Position numbers and translations under genes: made by a program | Assembly: GCF_006345805.1 (NCBI RefSeq) | Contig: NC_043006.1 | Coordinates: 77,376,001-77,440,000, forward strand | Length of the DNA: 64,000 nucleotides | Direction: 5' to 3' | From: Octopus sinensis | Lineage: Eukaryota | Shown here: one piece after another, positions 1 to 14,364 of the stretch | Layout of the letters: the number at the start of each line of letters is the position of its first letter | How positions within the stretch are numbered: the stretch's first letter is position 1 | Notes under the pieces: generated by a model | The model's input: only the letters and a program-made list of their open reading frames with translations | Told to the model about the DNA's origin: nothing | The model's database searches: none

Positions 1-290
1 ATCAATTGATTAAATTGGATGACAGAAAATCCTTTCCGAAGCTTCTCTTGCTGCTCATGTAAGTTTGCATCGACGTTAAATAAGAGTAAACATGAATGAA
101 TAATGAAATCATTAAAAAGGAAAAAAATAAACTACAAATCGTCAAGAAAATAGTGAACGCGTGTGTTCTTATATTCTTATATATACTAATCACGGGAAGA
201 TGTTGCGTTGCTATCTTTATTTACTGAATCAAGTTAGCTACTGTCTTTACTTCCACAATTTTTTTCTTTTTGTTGCCGTTGGTGTTCTTA

Positions 291-327
291 TACTACTACT
301 ACTACTACTACTATACTACTACTACTA

Positions 328-381
<54 letters not shown>

Positions 382-491
382 CACTACTATTACCACTACC
401 AATACTACTACTACTACCACCACCACCATTACTACTACTACTACTGCTGCTACGGCTGTTGCTGCCGCTACTACTACAACTACTACTACTT

Positions 492-553
<62 letters not shown>
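291..553. repeat. (CTA)n triplet repeat with variant units
   Basis: Direct reading. Confidence 0.95.
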
Positions 554-554
<1 letters not shown>

Positions 555-807
555 TTTTCCGCTTTCACCTCCTCGTCCTGTGCTTCCATTATGTTCTTCT
601 CCTCTACCTCGTCCTTCACATTTTCTTTTTTCACATTTCATCATATCATAATATTCTATTTCATTCTTTTCCTTCTATGCTTTTTCGTCGCCATTTCGGT
701 CTGTGTTTGTGGATTTCGGAAACGCAACGACGTTCACATTAATTCAAAGGCGGGTTGTCTCAAACCAAACAACAAATGAATTATTATCCTCGAATTTTTT
801 AAAGATC

Positions 808-1279
<472 letters not shown>

Positions 1280-1346
1280 TATAAATATATCTATATACAT
1301 ATGTATATAGTTATATGTATAAATATATGTGTATATATATATATAT

Positions 1347-1530
1347 TTCCAAATTCAACAAAAATCCCCCCAAAAAAGATAGAAACAGATATGGAACAAA
1401 GAGGATAAGGGACATGCTCAGAAACGATTAAAGAAATCGATGACATTTCGAACCGATGCGCTTTAACAGAATGGACTGACGAAATCAGTTTGAATAAAGT
1501 GAAAGATGGAGAGAAAAAATGTGTCCCCGC
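1347..1530 (-). mobile_element. Degenerate Penelope-like end, family P1
   Basis: Reverse complement contains CTGTTAAAGCGCATCGGTTCGAAATGTC and a TTTCTGAGC...TTTTGTTGAATT tail running into (TA)n; similar to 10945-11130. Confidence 0.45.
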
Positions 1531-2638
1531 ACAAACACACATGCACACACTCACACACATACATACGATTAAAACGAGGTCGAATAGACTGAGGAAGTCC
1601 TTTTATTTCATTGAATTACAAATGTTTCATCAAAGGTCTGTCAATGGAACCATTGATATATGAGGTGTCATACATACAAAAATTATAAAACAGTTTAAAA
1701 ATATGTAACGAATCGTTAACTCGGCTGGGAAAATAATTAACAGCCTTTTGCCCGTCTTTGCGTCATAAGTGCACATTCCACCGGGCTCAACTTAGCCATT
1801 TATCATTCATCATGTTGGGGATGATAAAATGAGGACCAGTAAAGTAATACTGTCAATGTAATCAACTTCTCCCAACTCTAAAATTGCTGACAATGTGCCA
1901 AAATTTGAAATCAGCATATATAATATTATATCTTACGCTATAAATGCATATGTATATATGTATATATGCATGTATGTGTGTATGACTCTATGTATGTATG
2001 TATGAATCTCTGTATGCATGCGTGAATGCATGCACTCACACACAGAGGAAAAAGAAGTCAAGAAGAAAAAGTGCAAACTGCCCTCTTTGAAACATCAGAA
2101 CACACGCGTCTTCACATCAGACCAACATCTTATTTTACAGACATTGTTTATATAAACGCCAGTTGATTATATTTTGCTGACTAACAAACACACTGGCATA
2201 TAAACATTGAAATCGCTTATAAATTCATTCATTGGTAAATACATATTTACATTATATTCCGGGTAGTGGGTATCGTTAACAATCCCTTTCGCTTCATTAG
2301 CATTGTCGTAATTAACTCAGAAAACTATCACTATTATCAACTCTAATATCTTTACAATACTGTTTTATTTTATAATTATTAAAGTATTCATGTATAGAGA
2401 AACGGTGTATAAACTTAATATTATTCACAGCAGGTCTTGCATCGTGGTATTATAAATAAACACATACCACGATCGCAACACATCTCGTTTGAGATCAGTA
2501 ATGCATTTCATGCTGCTTTATTTAAAAACAATCCACAGAAATGCGCCACTGTTTTTCCAAACATATGTTGTCTATTCACTGTCTCACCACCTGCCTGATA
2601 TTAACTGTCTGCAGTGAGATCAGTGCAACTTGCGTGGA

Positions 2639-2697
<59 letters not shown>

Positions 2698-3129
2698 CAC
2701 AAACACACGAATATAAATATAATATATAAATGAAGTTTCATATATATATATATATTATATATATATATATTATATATATATATATACAAAAAAAGCATTA
2801 AAACTAGTTCTTTTCGAAATCTTACTACGTGGTTAAGCAACCTTCTTCACTTCACATAGAATGAGCATGTTGAGCAGGAGCACGTGTAATTCATGTTTAA
2901 GTCATTTTTATGCGTTATATTACATATAATAGCTTTGCTAAATGTGTGGTGTTAAAGAACGTATGGGAGTATTGCGATATCTACAGAAGGGTAAGAATGG
3001 AGGAGGAATAAAATGTTTCGACCATGTGTGGCTAGTTGTTGTCTAGTACGAGTGTGTGCTTGAGGTTGCTTTGAACTTATTGTTCGCTCCACTTTTGATC
3101 CCTATATATGTATATATGGAGGGAGAGAG

Positions 3130-3169
<40 letters not shown>

Positions 3170-3193
3170 CACACTGACACACACACATACACG

Positions 3194-3251
<58 letters not shown>

Positions 3252-3316
3252 ATTATTTGAGGAAATATTAATCCTAACTTACAGGGGTAAAATTCATTTT
3301 AGAAATACTAAATCAA

Positions 3317-3369
<53 letters not shown>

Positions 3370-3668
3370 TAGAACAAAACACCTTTTATCAATTCAAAAT
3401 GAACAATTAATTACACCATCTAGAAAATTACATATAATAGAAATACTAAAATTTAAATACCAATAAAATACCAATGATTAAGTAAATATATATATATATA
3501 CATACATACACATATATACAGATTAGGCTGAAAGTCATCCGGCAGTAGATCAAAATTCCATAAATACATAACATTCAATTTTAGTTATCCATTCCAATTA
3601 TGAATGTTTAATCATTGACAGCTATGAGTTAAAATCACGGTTTTGTTTCAACATGTCTGTTTATAAGA

Positions 3669-3675
<7 letters not shown>

Positions 3676-3746
<71 letters not shown>
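3676..3746. repeat. (TG)n
   Basis: Direct reading. Confidence 0.95.
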
Positions 3747-3749
<3 letters not shown>

Positions 3750-6349
3750 TAATGCATGTATGCCTGCAAAGAGCGATGGGGGAGAGAGAAGGAAAGCAGT
3801 AGACTCAAATTTAAGACAAAAAGAACAAACCAGAAGACATGTCAGTATTGAATTGTAAATATTAGTCTAAATTCTTAAACGAGATATTAAGAAAGTGGAA
3901 ATATTGTATATACGTCTTTAAGCCCTAAAGAAAACTACATCATTTGCAGATTCGTTAAATTTAAGGAAACAAATAAAAATAGAGTAGCAAAAGAGAAAAT
4001 TATGTTTATTCCAAGTCACTTCATGTAAGAATTGCTATTATGGAGACTTTGGCATTTACAGAATAAATGTGAATCTTTATAAGTACAAGTAGTATATGAA
4101 GTGCAAATATGAGCATACTATGTGTCTGAACGTGATCTTATGTCGGCTCATGCCGTCTCTATGTTTGCTTGTTACTAGTATAACATTTACTTATATGCAA
4201 ACAAGAAAATTAAGAACAATAAAATTAAGGCCTAACATTTTTGGGAAGGAGAAATGGAGCTCATGTCCGTGTCGTTTGTGAAGCTCACTAATGTTGTAAT
4301 ATACACATAGAATTGATGTATTCTTCATATCGGTAACTCTTCATTCTCAAGCGACATTGTAAATAAGTTTAAATCGATGGATCACGGCTTCTTGGTAAAG
4401 TTGCCGTCTTTTAAAAAGCAATATACCTTTAATCTTGCACATTGAGTTTCAGTTATTGCAAGTTTCAATTTCCTAATTTGAACATATGAATGTATTTCTC
4501 ACAAATTATTCTTTAATACAAAGAAATATCCATAAACTAGAAATATATATCGTTTCTCTGTGTACGTATACGATGCGTTCCATGAGGTCACTAGACAAAT
4601 TCTGTTAAGTTTCTTAGAAATCCCAGACAAACTACTGCGATGTTTAATAAACTGGGATATAATTAGCTGATTATTAGCTCATCTCGTATTGCACCGTTCG
4701 AGCGAAAGAAAGTTTAATACCGAAATAAAATATTCTAGTACTTGATCGCTTAGCTTTTATAAGCTTCCAAAACTGCTGATATTTTGTTAAAGATACACAG
4801 GCACATATGAATATACGCATACTTACTCACATATAAAACTGTATATGTATCTATATCAAAATGTGTGTGCACTTACATAACTCCATATATATGTGAACAC
4901 GTGCATGTACTTATCTATATGTACATACAAACGCACACACATGCTCATGTATATATTTATATGTATATTCTACGAGTCCCATGGTATTGATAATATGAAG
5001 GCAATTATTGGAAACATAAGCTATTATTATGTCTGACAGTGATATTACTTTGCTAATTTGTTCACTGGTTTTATCATGTATTCTCCATTGAAAAACGAAG
5101 TAAATAAAAAGTACCATTGAGAGTCTATATATATGGTGTCAAACAATAAGTGAAAGTGGTATTATATGACATCTAAATTGACTATAATCTGTTGTGAACT
5201 TCCACTCCAAACTGAAGTAATAAGTTACTACGAAGATAAAAGTGGTAACTGTATACAGAAACATTTCATATTTTTAGATTTACAAATGGTCCTCTGAACA
5301 TTATTTTTCTTTCTTTTTTTTTTCCTTTTATATTTTCGTCTTTGTAACCTTTCGGTCCTTTGCTGATTTTCAACCATTTCCTGGCTAATGGCAGATGTCG
5401 GAATGATTACTGTATCAGATTACTGGTCAATGGGTCGATATGTAGTATTGCATTACTGCAGCCGCACTGAATTCCTGAAAAAAAATGGCACCCAGTTCAT
5501 GTCAGAGTAGATTTAAGTGTTTAATAGAAATACGAAATACCGAAGCCATTTCGATTATCATTTGCGTAGTGATTTCTTGTTTCACAGAGAATTATATACC
5601 ACCGTCATACACATTTATTTATTTATTTAGCTCTGGAATCAGTAAAACAATAAACGCAGTATTCAAACAAGGCGATGGATTACCAGATTGATACTGATGT
5701 TTTCCAGCGGCTGCAGTTAATAAGATTACATCTCTGAATCTTGAACTGTGCTTCTTACTCTGGCTTTCACTTCGAACGCTATGTTAATCTCAAATCCACA
5801 CCACTCCATTGCTGGAATTGTTCCAGAAATACTTGAATGTCACAGGATAAAATTTCACCCAATTGAGGTAGAAATTGATAGGAATCGGCGATTCTACGTC
5901 CCTGATCACTGGACATAGCTTGGCGGAGTAGTTAAGACGCGTTCAATTCGAAATCACTAAGTTTCGGGTAGATACCGCTGCGTAGTATTTGGGGTAAGGG
6001 ATGTGATTTTCACTTTCGTCGTTTGCTCATTTATGATTTTGTACAAGCGGGTAGGATATCTGTTGGGCGGATTGTAAAAGTACGTGTAAGGTGTGGAAGA
6101 AGTCGCGTTGATTCTGCATTAGAATTATGATAAAAGCACACATATTTATGGACCACTCAGCCACATCACGTGATAATTCAATGAATAAATAGTACAGTTA
6201 TTCAAACAAGTGAATAGTCATCGTCGAAATCGGTGAATTGCCATTTACTTTTGCATAACAACTGATATATTCTAGTTTTAACATAAAATACTACAATGTG
6301 TGGCTACTATTACAACAGAAACAGCCACAAGACCAGCACCAACACATCA

Positions 6350-6404
<55 letters not shown>

Positions 6405-6470
6405 ACCTACTACTACTACTACTATTACTACTGCTGCTACTACTGCTGCTGCTGCTACCACTACTACTAC

Positions 6471-6538
<68 letters not shown>
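6350..6538. repeat. (CTA)n grading into (AAT)n
   Basis: Direct reading. Confidence 0.95.
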
Positions 6539-6539
<1 letters not shown>

Positions 6540-7990
6540 ACATTATAGTGCACACTGTTTCTATGAAGAACTATTAGAGCAGCTGTAACCTTTTATTTCC
6601 CAGTATTACCGACTCGAGATAACTATGCGGACTACACTTATGCATAATGAGCGAGAGAGAGAGAGAGAGAGAGAGAAAGCACTGCAGCAGGTGGATTGAT
6701 ACATTTTAGAAAATGTCATAATGGATTAACGAGATGAAGTTGAAATAGAGCATCAACTTTAATGAACTCAGACATTTACAAGACACAAGAGATATAACGT
6801 ACGATGCGATCAATTAAAACAGCACTGTAAACCTAATAATATGGTCACAGGAAAAACTTTGAAAACTTTTTAATTTAAAGTTAGCCAGTGCCGAAAAGTA
6901 ACAAGCTCTAGCAAATTACGTCATTTCATTTATGCCTAATAGATATTATATCTAATCTAATGTTTCGATCTAACTTCATAATTGACTTTCAGTATTAAAC
7001 CTGATCAAGATCGATTTGATTGTGAACCAAGACTATTAATCACATCGTGTTGAGAATAAGTTTTATTTTTACCCTGTAGTGCATGTGCTTAGTTTCTATT
7101 GTTTATTATCATGTTTATAAAGTACACTGCGACATAGACTTAGAATGAAGTATTTGAGCAGCAATATCTGCTTGAAAAGCGAAATTAATAAAATGGCAGC
7201 CCTTGACAGCCAGTTTTTCGCCACTCTGAGAGCCGTTGGCCCTTAGATATAAATAGTGAAAAAGAAGCGTATGGCATAGAAGTAGTGGGATTTAGAATAT
7301 TTGGATGCAAGGAATAGAAAGGGTAGAGGAAACGAGCATGTCGAGTGGCCCCGGAATGGGGCAATTCGAGCGACGAGCCTATCCTGAAGATCAGAGGACA
7401 TTATAGTATCTGTGACAAATGAAGAAAGACGATGCAGCATACATGTCTTCCAGAGGTTGCAGGATGACTCCCACTTTATTAAAATCGATCCAATGATCAT
7501 GTGGAACTGTTGAGAATGTAGAAGAGAAAATATGCAGGGAAAATATTTTGGTAATGTTAGTTTCTTTAATAAAGTCTTTTGTTGTATTATAGGGCTAAAC
7601 TAAAATATTACAGTCATTATAGATACATAGATTTAACAGCACATAGGCCAGCATATTATCTCTTTACAAAATGTGAATACTGACCAAAGGCTGTTCGTAG
7701 CCGCCAGGTCTATGCGGATGTTCAGCCTGAACACAAGACACTTGCTTCTATTCACAATTTTCTCAACAATTACAAATGAATATATGACAGATTGGAGGCA
7801 AGATAATTTGTAAGATACATGTTTGATGGAAATAATAAATAAATCGCTCATAGAATGCAGCTTGAAAACATGAAGATTTACACAGGATAATGTTGAAAAG
7901 ATAGAGAGAAGGTCAAGTTGAAGGTCGTGTATATAGGAGTAAATGTGTGTATGTATAAGCATTTATATGTATGTGTAAATATATATATAC

Positions 7991-8074
<84 letters not shown>
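7991..8074. repeat. (TAGA)n
   Basis: Direct reading. Confidence 0.95.
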
Positions 8075-9635
8075 GGCTATGAATTTATAACTGTTTAAAA
8101 TTTATGTAATTTTTCATGTAGATCTATCTCTCCATTCTTTTTGCTCTCTAAAATTCTTACACAGAGGGGCTCTGTGTTTCAAATTTTTGTCCTATTAAGG
8201 AGTTTTGTATGCATCAGCTTGTTTATAATTTTATTTAAGTTTAATTAATTACATAGTTTAATCATAGCTGTATTCTGACATGATTCACAAATGTACTTTC
8301 ATTCATTTCGCAGCATTGACCGGTGAACAACACTTCCACAGAGGAGAAATGTATCAACGGAACACAAACAGGATCTCACTAATTTTGATGTTAATGGATT
8401 CTTTATCATATACTGATTAGGTAAATATCCAAGCTTTTTACGATATCAACAATTTTTGCTCTATGTTGTAATTATTTTTCATTTAGTGTTTCAATTGTTT
8501 GCATTACATTTTCATGAAACTACTGAACTAACAAAAAAGATAGGGCGATTTATCTCCCCTCATCCTCCCTGTAGGCCAGTAACACATAATTCATCCTAGC
8601 GTCTCTCCTTCTCACACACTCTCTCTTTCACACACACACACGTAGGCACAATTTATCTATCTATTTATTTATCTATCTATCTCTCTATCTGTCTCTCTAT
8701 CTATTTATCTATCAACATATCTATCTGCCTATATATCTTTCTATCTAGTTATCTGTCTATCTACCTATCTATATAGTCATTTGTCTATCTATCCCTCTCT
8801 ATCTCTATCTCTATTTAACTATCTATCTCTCTATTTGTGTTTTTCATATACACGCAAATACATTTGTGTGTATATTTTGATAAGTTTTTTAATAATTACT
8901 TTAAATAATTAAAAAAAAGGTAGGTAATTTCTATCAATATTCCAAATGTTCTCTGTATTTGTTTGTGTGTGAGCGTGTGTGTGCGGGTGGGCGTGTGTGC
9001 GTCTGCATGTGTCTCTATTCATGAATTTATGATTGCATACGCACACACATAAATTCACATCTCACGGAAATTCCTCGTTTCAAGATCAGTCAGGTATCTT
9101 TTACCAAATATGTCCATTAATAATACACACACGCACGCACTTATACGTACAAAGACAGACACATACAATAATAAGCACACACATTGCACACGTGTCTGCG
9201 TGTGCGCATAAACAGAGAAATGGTGAATGTCAATATGGTAGAGTTGAGCGCTGAATATATAGCATATTCAGTAAATTTCGCTCGCAAAATCAACAAGCTG
9301 AAATCTACTGCAGTTTAAATATCTAATACACCAGGTCTTTTCAATAAACCCGCTGCCGCACTTCCATTAAACTTACCGTCCTACTTTCTTCCACCCTGTT
9401 CATATCTTTCTATTGCTGATCTACCTCTATGTTTTTCTCTATCTCCTCTTCGTCTCCGACTCTTTTTTTCTTTTTTTGTCTCAATTTCTCTGTTTATGTC
9501 GCTGCTTCACAAACCTCATCCTATGCAGCAAATAAACAACAGTCGCAGTCTACTTGGTACAATTTCGTAGCTTCATTTTGAAAAAAATAACCACTTCTAA
9601 TACTTCATTATTGTAAGGGGGCAAGCTCGCAGATT

Positions 9636-10018
9636 CTTTACTCTTTTACTCTTTTACTTGTTTCAGTCAATTGACTGCGGCCATGCTGGAGCACCGCCTT
9701 TAGTCGAGCAAATCGACCCCGGGACTTATTTTTTGTAAGCCCAGTACTTATTGTAAGTGACGGGGACGTAAAACCACCAGCATCGGTTGTCAAGCAATGC
9801 TAGAGGAACAAACACAGACACACAAACACACACATACATATATATACGTATATACGACAGGCTTCTTTCAGTTTCCGTCTACCAAATCCACTCACAAGGC
9901 ATTGGTCGGCCCGGGGCTACAGTAGAAGACACTTGCCCTAGATGCCACGCAGTGGGACTGAACCCGGAACCATGTGGTTGGTTAGCAAGCTACTTACCAC
10001 ACAGCCACTCCTGCGCCT
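9636..10018 (-). mobile_element. tRNA-derived SINE, family B (CORE-like segment, internal microsatellite, (GTAAAAGA)n tail)
   Basis: Reverse complement of 10221-10620 with an about 25-nt deletion. A box TGGCTGTGTGG, B box GGTTCAGTCCC; CTTGGGCAAGTGTCTT resembles the CORE domain. Confidence 0.88.
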
Positions 10019-10220
10019 CCTCTTTGTGTACATGAAAGAAAACGCTTGGCCGCATTGTTTCCGCTTGTTTCAAATTCCTACGCGGTTGAGTTGCCGTTCT
10101 TCATTTCGGCAAAATTAAAATAGAATTCCAATGAAGCGTTTTAGAGTCGAAGTGATTGACTTGTACACCCATCACTTCAAAACTGCCAACCTTTTGCCAA
10201 AATATGAAACCAATGTACAT

Positions 10221-10620
10221 AGGCGCAGGAGTGGCTGTGTGGTAAGTAGCTTGCTAACCAACAAAATGGTTCCGGGTTCAGTTCCACTGCGTGGCATCTT
10301 GGGCAAGTGTCTTCTGCTATAGCCCCGGGCCGACCAATGCCTTGTGAGTGGATTTGGTAGACGGAAACTGAAAGAAGCCTGTCGTATATATGTATATATA
10401 TATATATATGTATGTGTGTATTTGTGTGTCTGTGTTTGTCCCCCTAGCATTGCTTGACAACCGATGCTGGTGTGTTTACGTCCCCGTCACCTAGCGGTTC
10501 GGCAAAAGAGACCGATAGAATAAGTACTGGGCTTACAAAGAATAAGTCCCGGGGTTGATTTGCTCAACTAAAGGCGGTGCTCGTGCATGACCGCACTCAA
10601 ATGACTGAAACAAGTATAAA
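10221..10620 (+). mobile_element. SINE family B
   Basis: AGGCGCAGGAGTGGCTGTGTGG head through ATGACTGAAACAAGTA tail. Confidence 0.88.
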
Positions 10621-10881
10621 AAAAATATTTCAATTCTTAGATAGAGAGGTGGGTTGTGCTCTTTAGCAAAACACTCCATCTCACGTTGCTCAGTGATCAC
10701 TTCGACTGCTGACGCTTTGTACACAGTGCACCTGATAAGGCAACGTTAATTCGATGTATAGGGAGTGAGTTAATGTGCGGCTCGGACATTTGATCACAAT
10801 AAACAAATCATTTGTGCAGGTCGTTCGGCAAAAAACTGAAAAAAATCATACGCCATATGTGTGTGTGTATACATACATACA

Positions 10882-10913
<32 letters not shown>

Positions 10914-10944
10914 GAGAGTGAGATAAATAGATAGATAGATATAT

Positions 10945-11130
10945 ACACATTTTTTTTTCTCTCCTTCTTTCTGTGTTTTTTTTCTCTCTGTGTATCTTTC
11001 TGTTGAAGAGCGTAGGCTCGAAACGTTAAAGACTTGTTTTATTTATATTTCCTGAGCGCCATACTAATACAATTGTTCGTTTGTTTTCCACCTGTCTTCG
11101 TCTTTTGTCTATTTTCATAAAGCTTCCCGT
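10945..11130 (+). mobile_element. Penelope-like end, family P1, with a degenerate minimal hammerhead
   Basis: TCTTT-CTGTTGA-A-GAGC-GTAG-GCTC-GAAAC-GTT-AAAGA at 10995-11032; ends in (TA)n. Confidence 0.6.
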
Positions 11131-11160
11131 TATATATATACATACATACATATATATATT

Positions 11161-11356
11161 GTGACCGCGTGAGTACCGTTGGCGATTTTTATTCCTCTGT
11201 CTTCCCTTCTCTGGATCTTTCCTTCTCCTATGTTTCCGACGAAGTGGCCCGCTCGAAACGTTAAACCCTCCTTCTTTCCTGAGCGTCCAATAATACTATA
11301 TTTGTTCCACGTCCTCGCGTTGTTGTGTTTTTTTGTGCTTTCTTGTTTGGATTAAC
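11161..11356 (+). mobile_element. Penelope-like end, family P2, with a variant minimal hammerhead
   Basis: GTTT-CCGACGA-A-GTGGCCCGCTC-GAAAC-GTT-AAAC at 11232-11266; flanked by (TA)n; homologous to 32380-32573. Confidence 0.55.
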
Positions 11357-11372
11357 TATATATATATATATG

Positions 11373-11415
<43 letters not shown>

Positions 11416-11416
11416 G

Positions 11417-11466
<50 letters not shown>

Positions 11467-13700
11467 GTATGCATGTATGTTTGTATATTTATAAAGGTAT
11501 GTATAGATATATGTATGTCGAGGAAGAGACAGACAGACAGACCATTAGCTACCTTGGTATTTGTTAGTCAAAAGCAGCGTGATATTTTGAACTTGTTTTA
11601 GCAATTCTTTCCAATTAGAATATTTGCCTCATGCGCAACTCGACTAGCTTCACTAACATTATACCATAGATATGTAACAATACAAGAATTAAGATAAGAA
11701 ACCGAATTTCTTTCACTGATAATGCTTCAACCTAATTCCTGAAGAACCTCGATGCAGTAAAGAATATTCCACTGCAACATACAAACATGCTAGTGCTGCA
11801 ATTAAATAGGATTCTCAGTGTGACTTTAAATGGAATTCTAATGTTATCATCCAACTCGAAAATAGTACAATGTGAATATGCACCTTCATGTAATTAGCCT
11901 ATGAAAGAGTTCTCATAATTTACTCCAATATGATAGCATGCGAAACGAAGTCTAACCTTAGGCGTGATCGAGCGAATGAAATACTATATCTTACATAATA
12001 TTATACATTACTACAGTTTCGACGAACTCAGCATATTGAATGTAACTAGCATTTACTACCTAACATGAATGCCTGAGGTTACCCTTTTGAAAATGAATGC
12101 TCTATATACAGCATATGTACTTTTTACAAGGGGTGAAAGTTTTAGAAATAAATAGATTGATAACAGCAAAATTCTGAAACTAAAATCCAAAAGAAGCGTC
12201 TATAGAGATGATAGAATACACTAAATGGATTATCTTTTGTGCTTGATACAACTACGCAAATATTTAGCCATTAGATTTTCAAATAAACCATATAAAACAT
12301 TTATTCCGCCTCAATTAAAAACCAATGATGAACATGAATGTTTAGGCAAGTAAATTTGATTTCAGATTTAAGTAAATTCCGTCAGTTTTATTCCTAATCG
12401 ACTTTGTGGCAATTTCTCTCTCCGGTGCACATTTGAAAAGGGAGTGAAATTCGTTTAACACACTAATAATTTAATTGGTTATGGGCAGTCAGGAAGATAT
12501 AATTATGAACGTAGGAATAAATGCGAATCGAAACATATTTGACAGTGATGAATCGGAAGATAAGATATTCGAATTAATAGACTGAGTTTAATATGGTGTA
12601 AATATTTTATTACTGTTCAATGCGATAGGTAAACAGGGCCGCTGAGTCTGAGACGAAAGACGTGTATGTGGAGAGGAGGAGAGTAGATTTGTAATTGTTT
12701 CTATATGTGTATGTGTTGGTGAAACTGTGTCTAGCTTTTGCTACAATATGAATATCATGTAATATATTTGAAGTTGCGCATATCTTGCCAGAAGTATGAA
12801 TATAAGAAACGCATACATTTAGAATTAATGTGTATTGAATGGTACAAAAAAGAGCTTTTATTGAGTTCTACAAAATCGTACTTAATAAAGATGTACAGAT
12901 GGATGTAATGCATAGCGTGAAATACAACCAACATCAAAGGGATGCAGTTACACCCACTTGCATATTTACATGTATGCATATTTGTATAGGCGTGCTTTTG
13001 TACATGCGTGAATGCTAAGCTGAACATTTTGAACCATTAAACAAAATAGAAACACCTTTTCTTCTGTAATGCTCTGCTCTAGAAATATGTACCCAGAGTG
13101 CTTCATATTCATTCATCCACATATATAATGTAAATCAAAAATAAGAAAGGTGTTCATTTTTATACTGGAGACGCGGTGAATCGCTCAAGAGGTTCAAACC
13201 TACAATCCAACGTCTTTGGAAGTTGCTCAATGAATATTTAGAAACTCTGAAACTTTGTTTGGCATAATTCCTGTGGTATACAAAATGGCCAAATATCTGT
13301 TATAATAGGGTATATACACACAAATGTTAGTGTTATAACTGCTGTTGTTAACCACCAGTCGTCTAGCAAGTGTTAGACTTAATGACAACTGACTTTACAC
13401 CTCTTAGTGCTTTCGTGTCTGCAGCAGAATCAGTTCTATAGTAAGCTTTTGGGTTATGTTTACTGGTCGGAAAAGCGATCCCTATTTTTGCTCCACCGTC
13501 TCAGGGAAAAGTGTTAGGATGCGACACTTCTTCATTTGACAAAATTATAAAAATAAAACCACACATATACCCTTAAAAGCATTCTGAATTGTTGTATACA
13601 TTCACAACACAGAAATGTAACCCCAGCAGGCAAGTATCACCCCATAGCTGCAATATCCCCCCTCGATCCGAATTTCTGTATCCTTAACCTTCATCAGCAG

Positions 13701-13704
<4 letters not shown>

Positions 13705-13742
<38 letters not shown>

Positions 13743-13805
13743 CACATATATATAATATACATGTATATTTGTGTATGTGTGTATGTATGTATGTACGCAT
13801 GCATG

Positions 13806-13839
<34 letters not shown>

Positions 13840-14364
13840 TGTATGTATGTATGTATGTATGTATGTATGTATATATGAACGTGTGTTTGTATGCTTGCCA
13901 TGACAAAGGTTGGTCAAGTATGAATTTCCAAAAGGTAAAATTCTAACATATAAATATACCACACAATGTCTGCGCTGAAATATAAAGTAAATAGCATCTG
14001 TTGCAATCCTATAATATATTTCAATGTATACGTGGATAAGTCTTTTTTTTTTTTGTAATGTGTTTTATATGCACAGCAGTGAAGCATACTTAACAATATA
14101 TGTGACAATGATGTTAGACAATGTATGGCCTCGTGGTAAAGAAGAGTTTTAAAATTGTACCTCCATTGAGATGCGCACAAAAACGCAAACACACATACAT
14201 TGATACATAGATACATAGATTAATACATACATACATATAAAAATACATACGTACATACGTACATACATACATAAATACATACATACATACATTCATTCAT
14301 ACATACATACATACATACATACATACATACATACATACATACATACATACATACATACATACAC
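13705..14364. repeat. (TA)n, (TATG)n and an oppositely oriented (CATA)n tract
   Basis: Tracts at 13705-13875 and about 14192-14364. Confidence 0.9.

Noticed and set aside
161-779. Long poly-Thr, poly-Leu and poly-Ser ORFs, including MKKENVKDEVEEK...
   Set aside because: Translations of a (CTA)n tract and a degenerate purine-rich repeat; no splice or domain support.
7200-7500. GC-richer island with a small GCCCC/GGGGC hairpin
   Set aside because: Does not match any RNA gene or element I recognise, and has no second copy in the window.
13655-13700. Hammerhead-like CTGATGAAGG...GAAATTCGGATC on the minus strand next to (TA)n
   Set aside because: Helix I cannot form and helix II is mismatched; at most a decayed relic.
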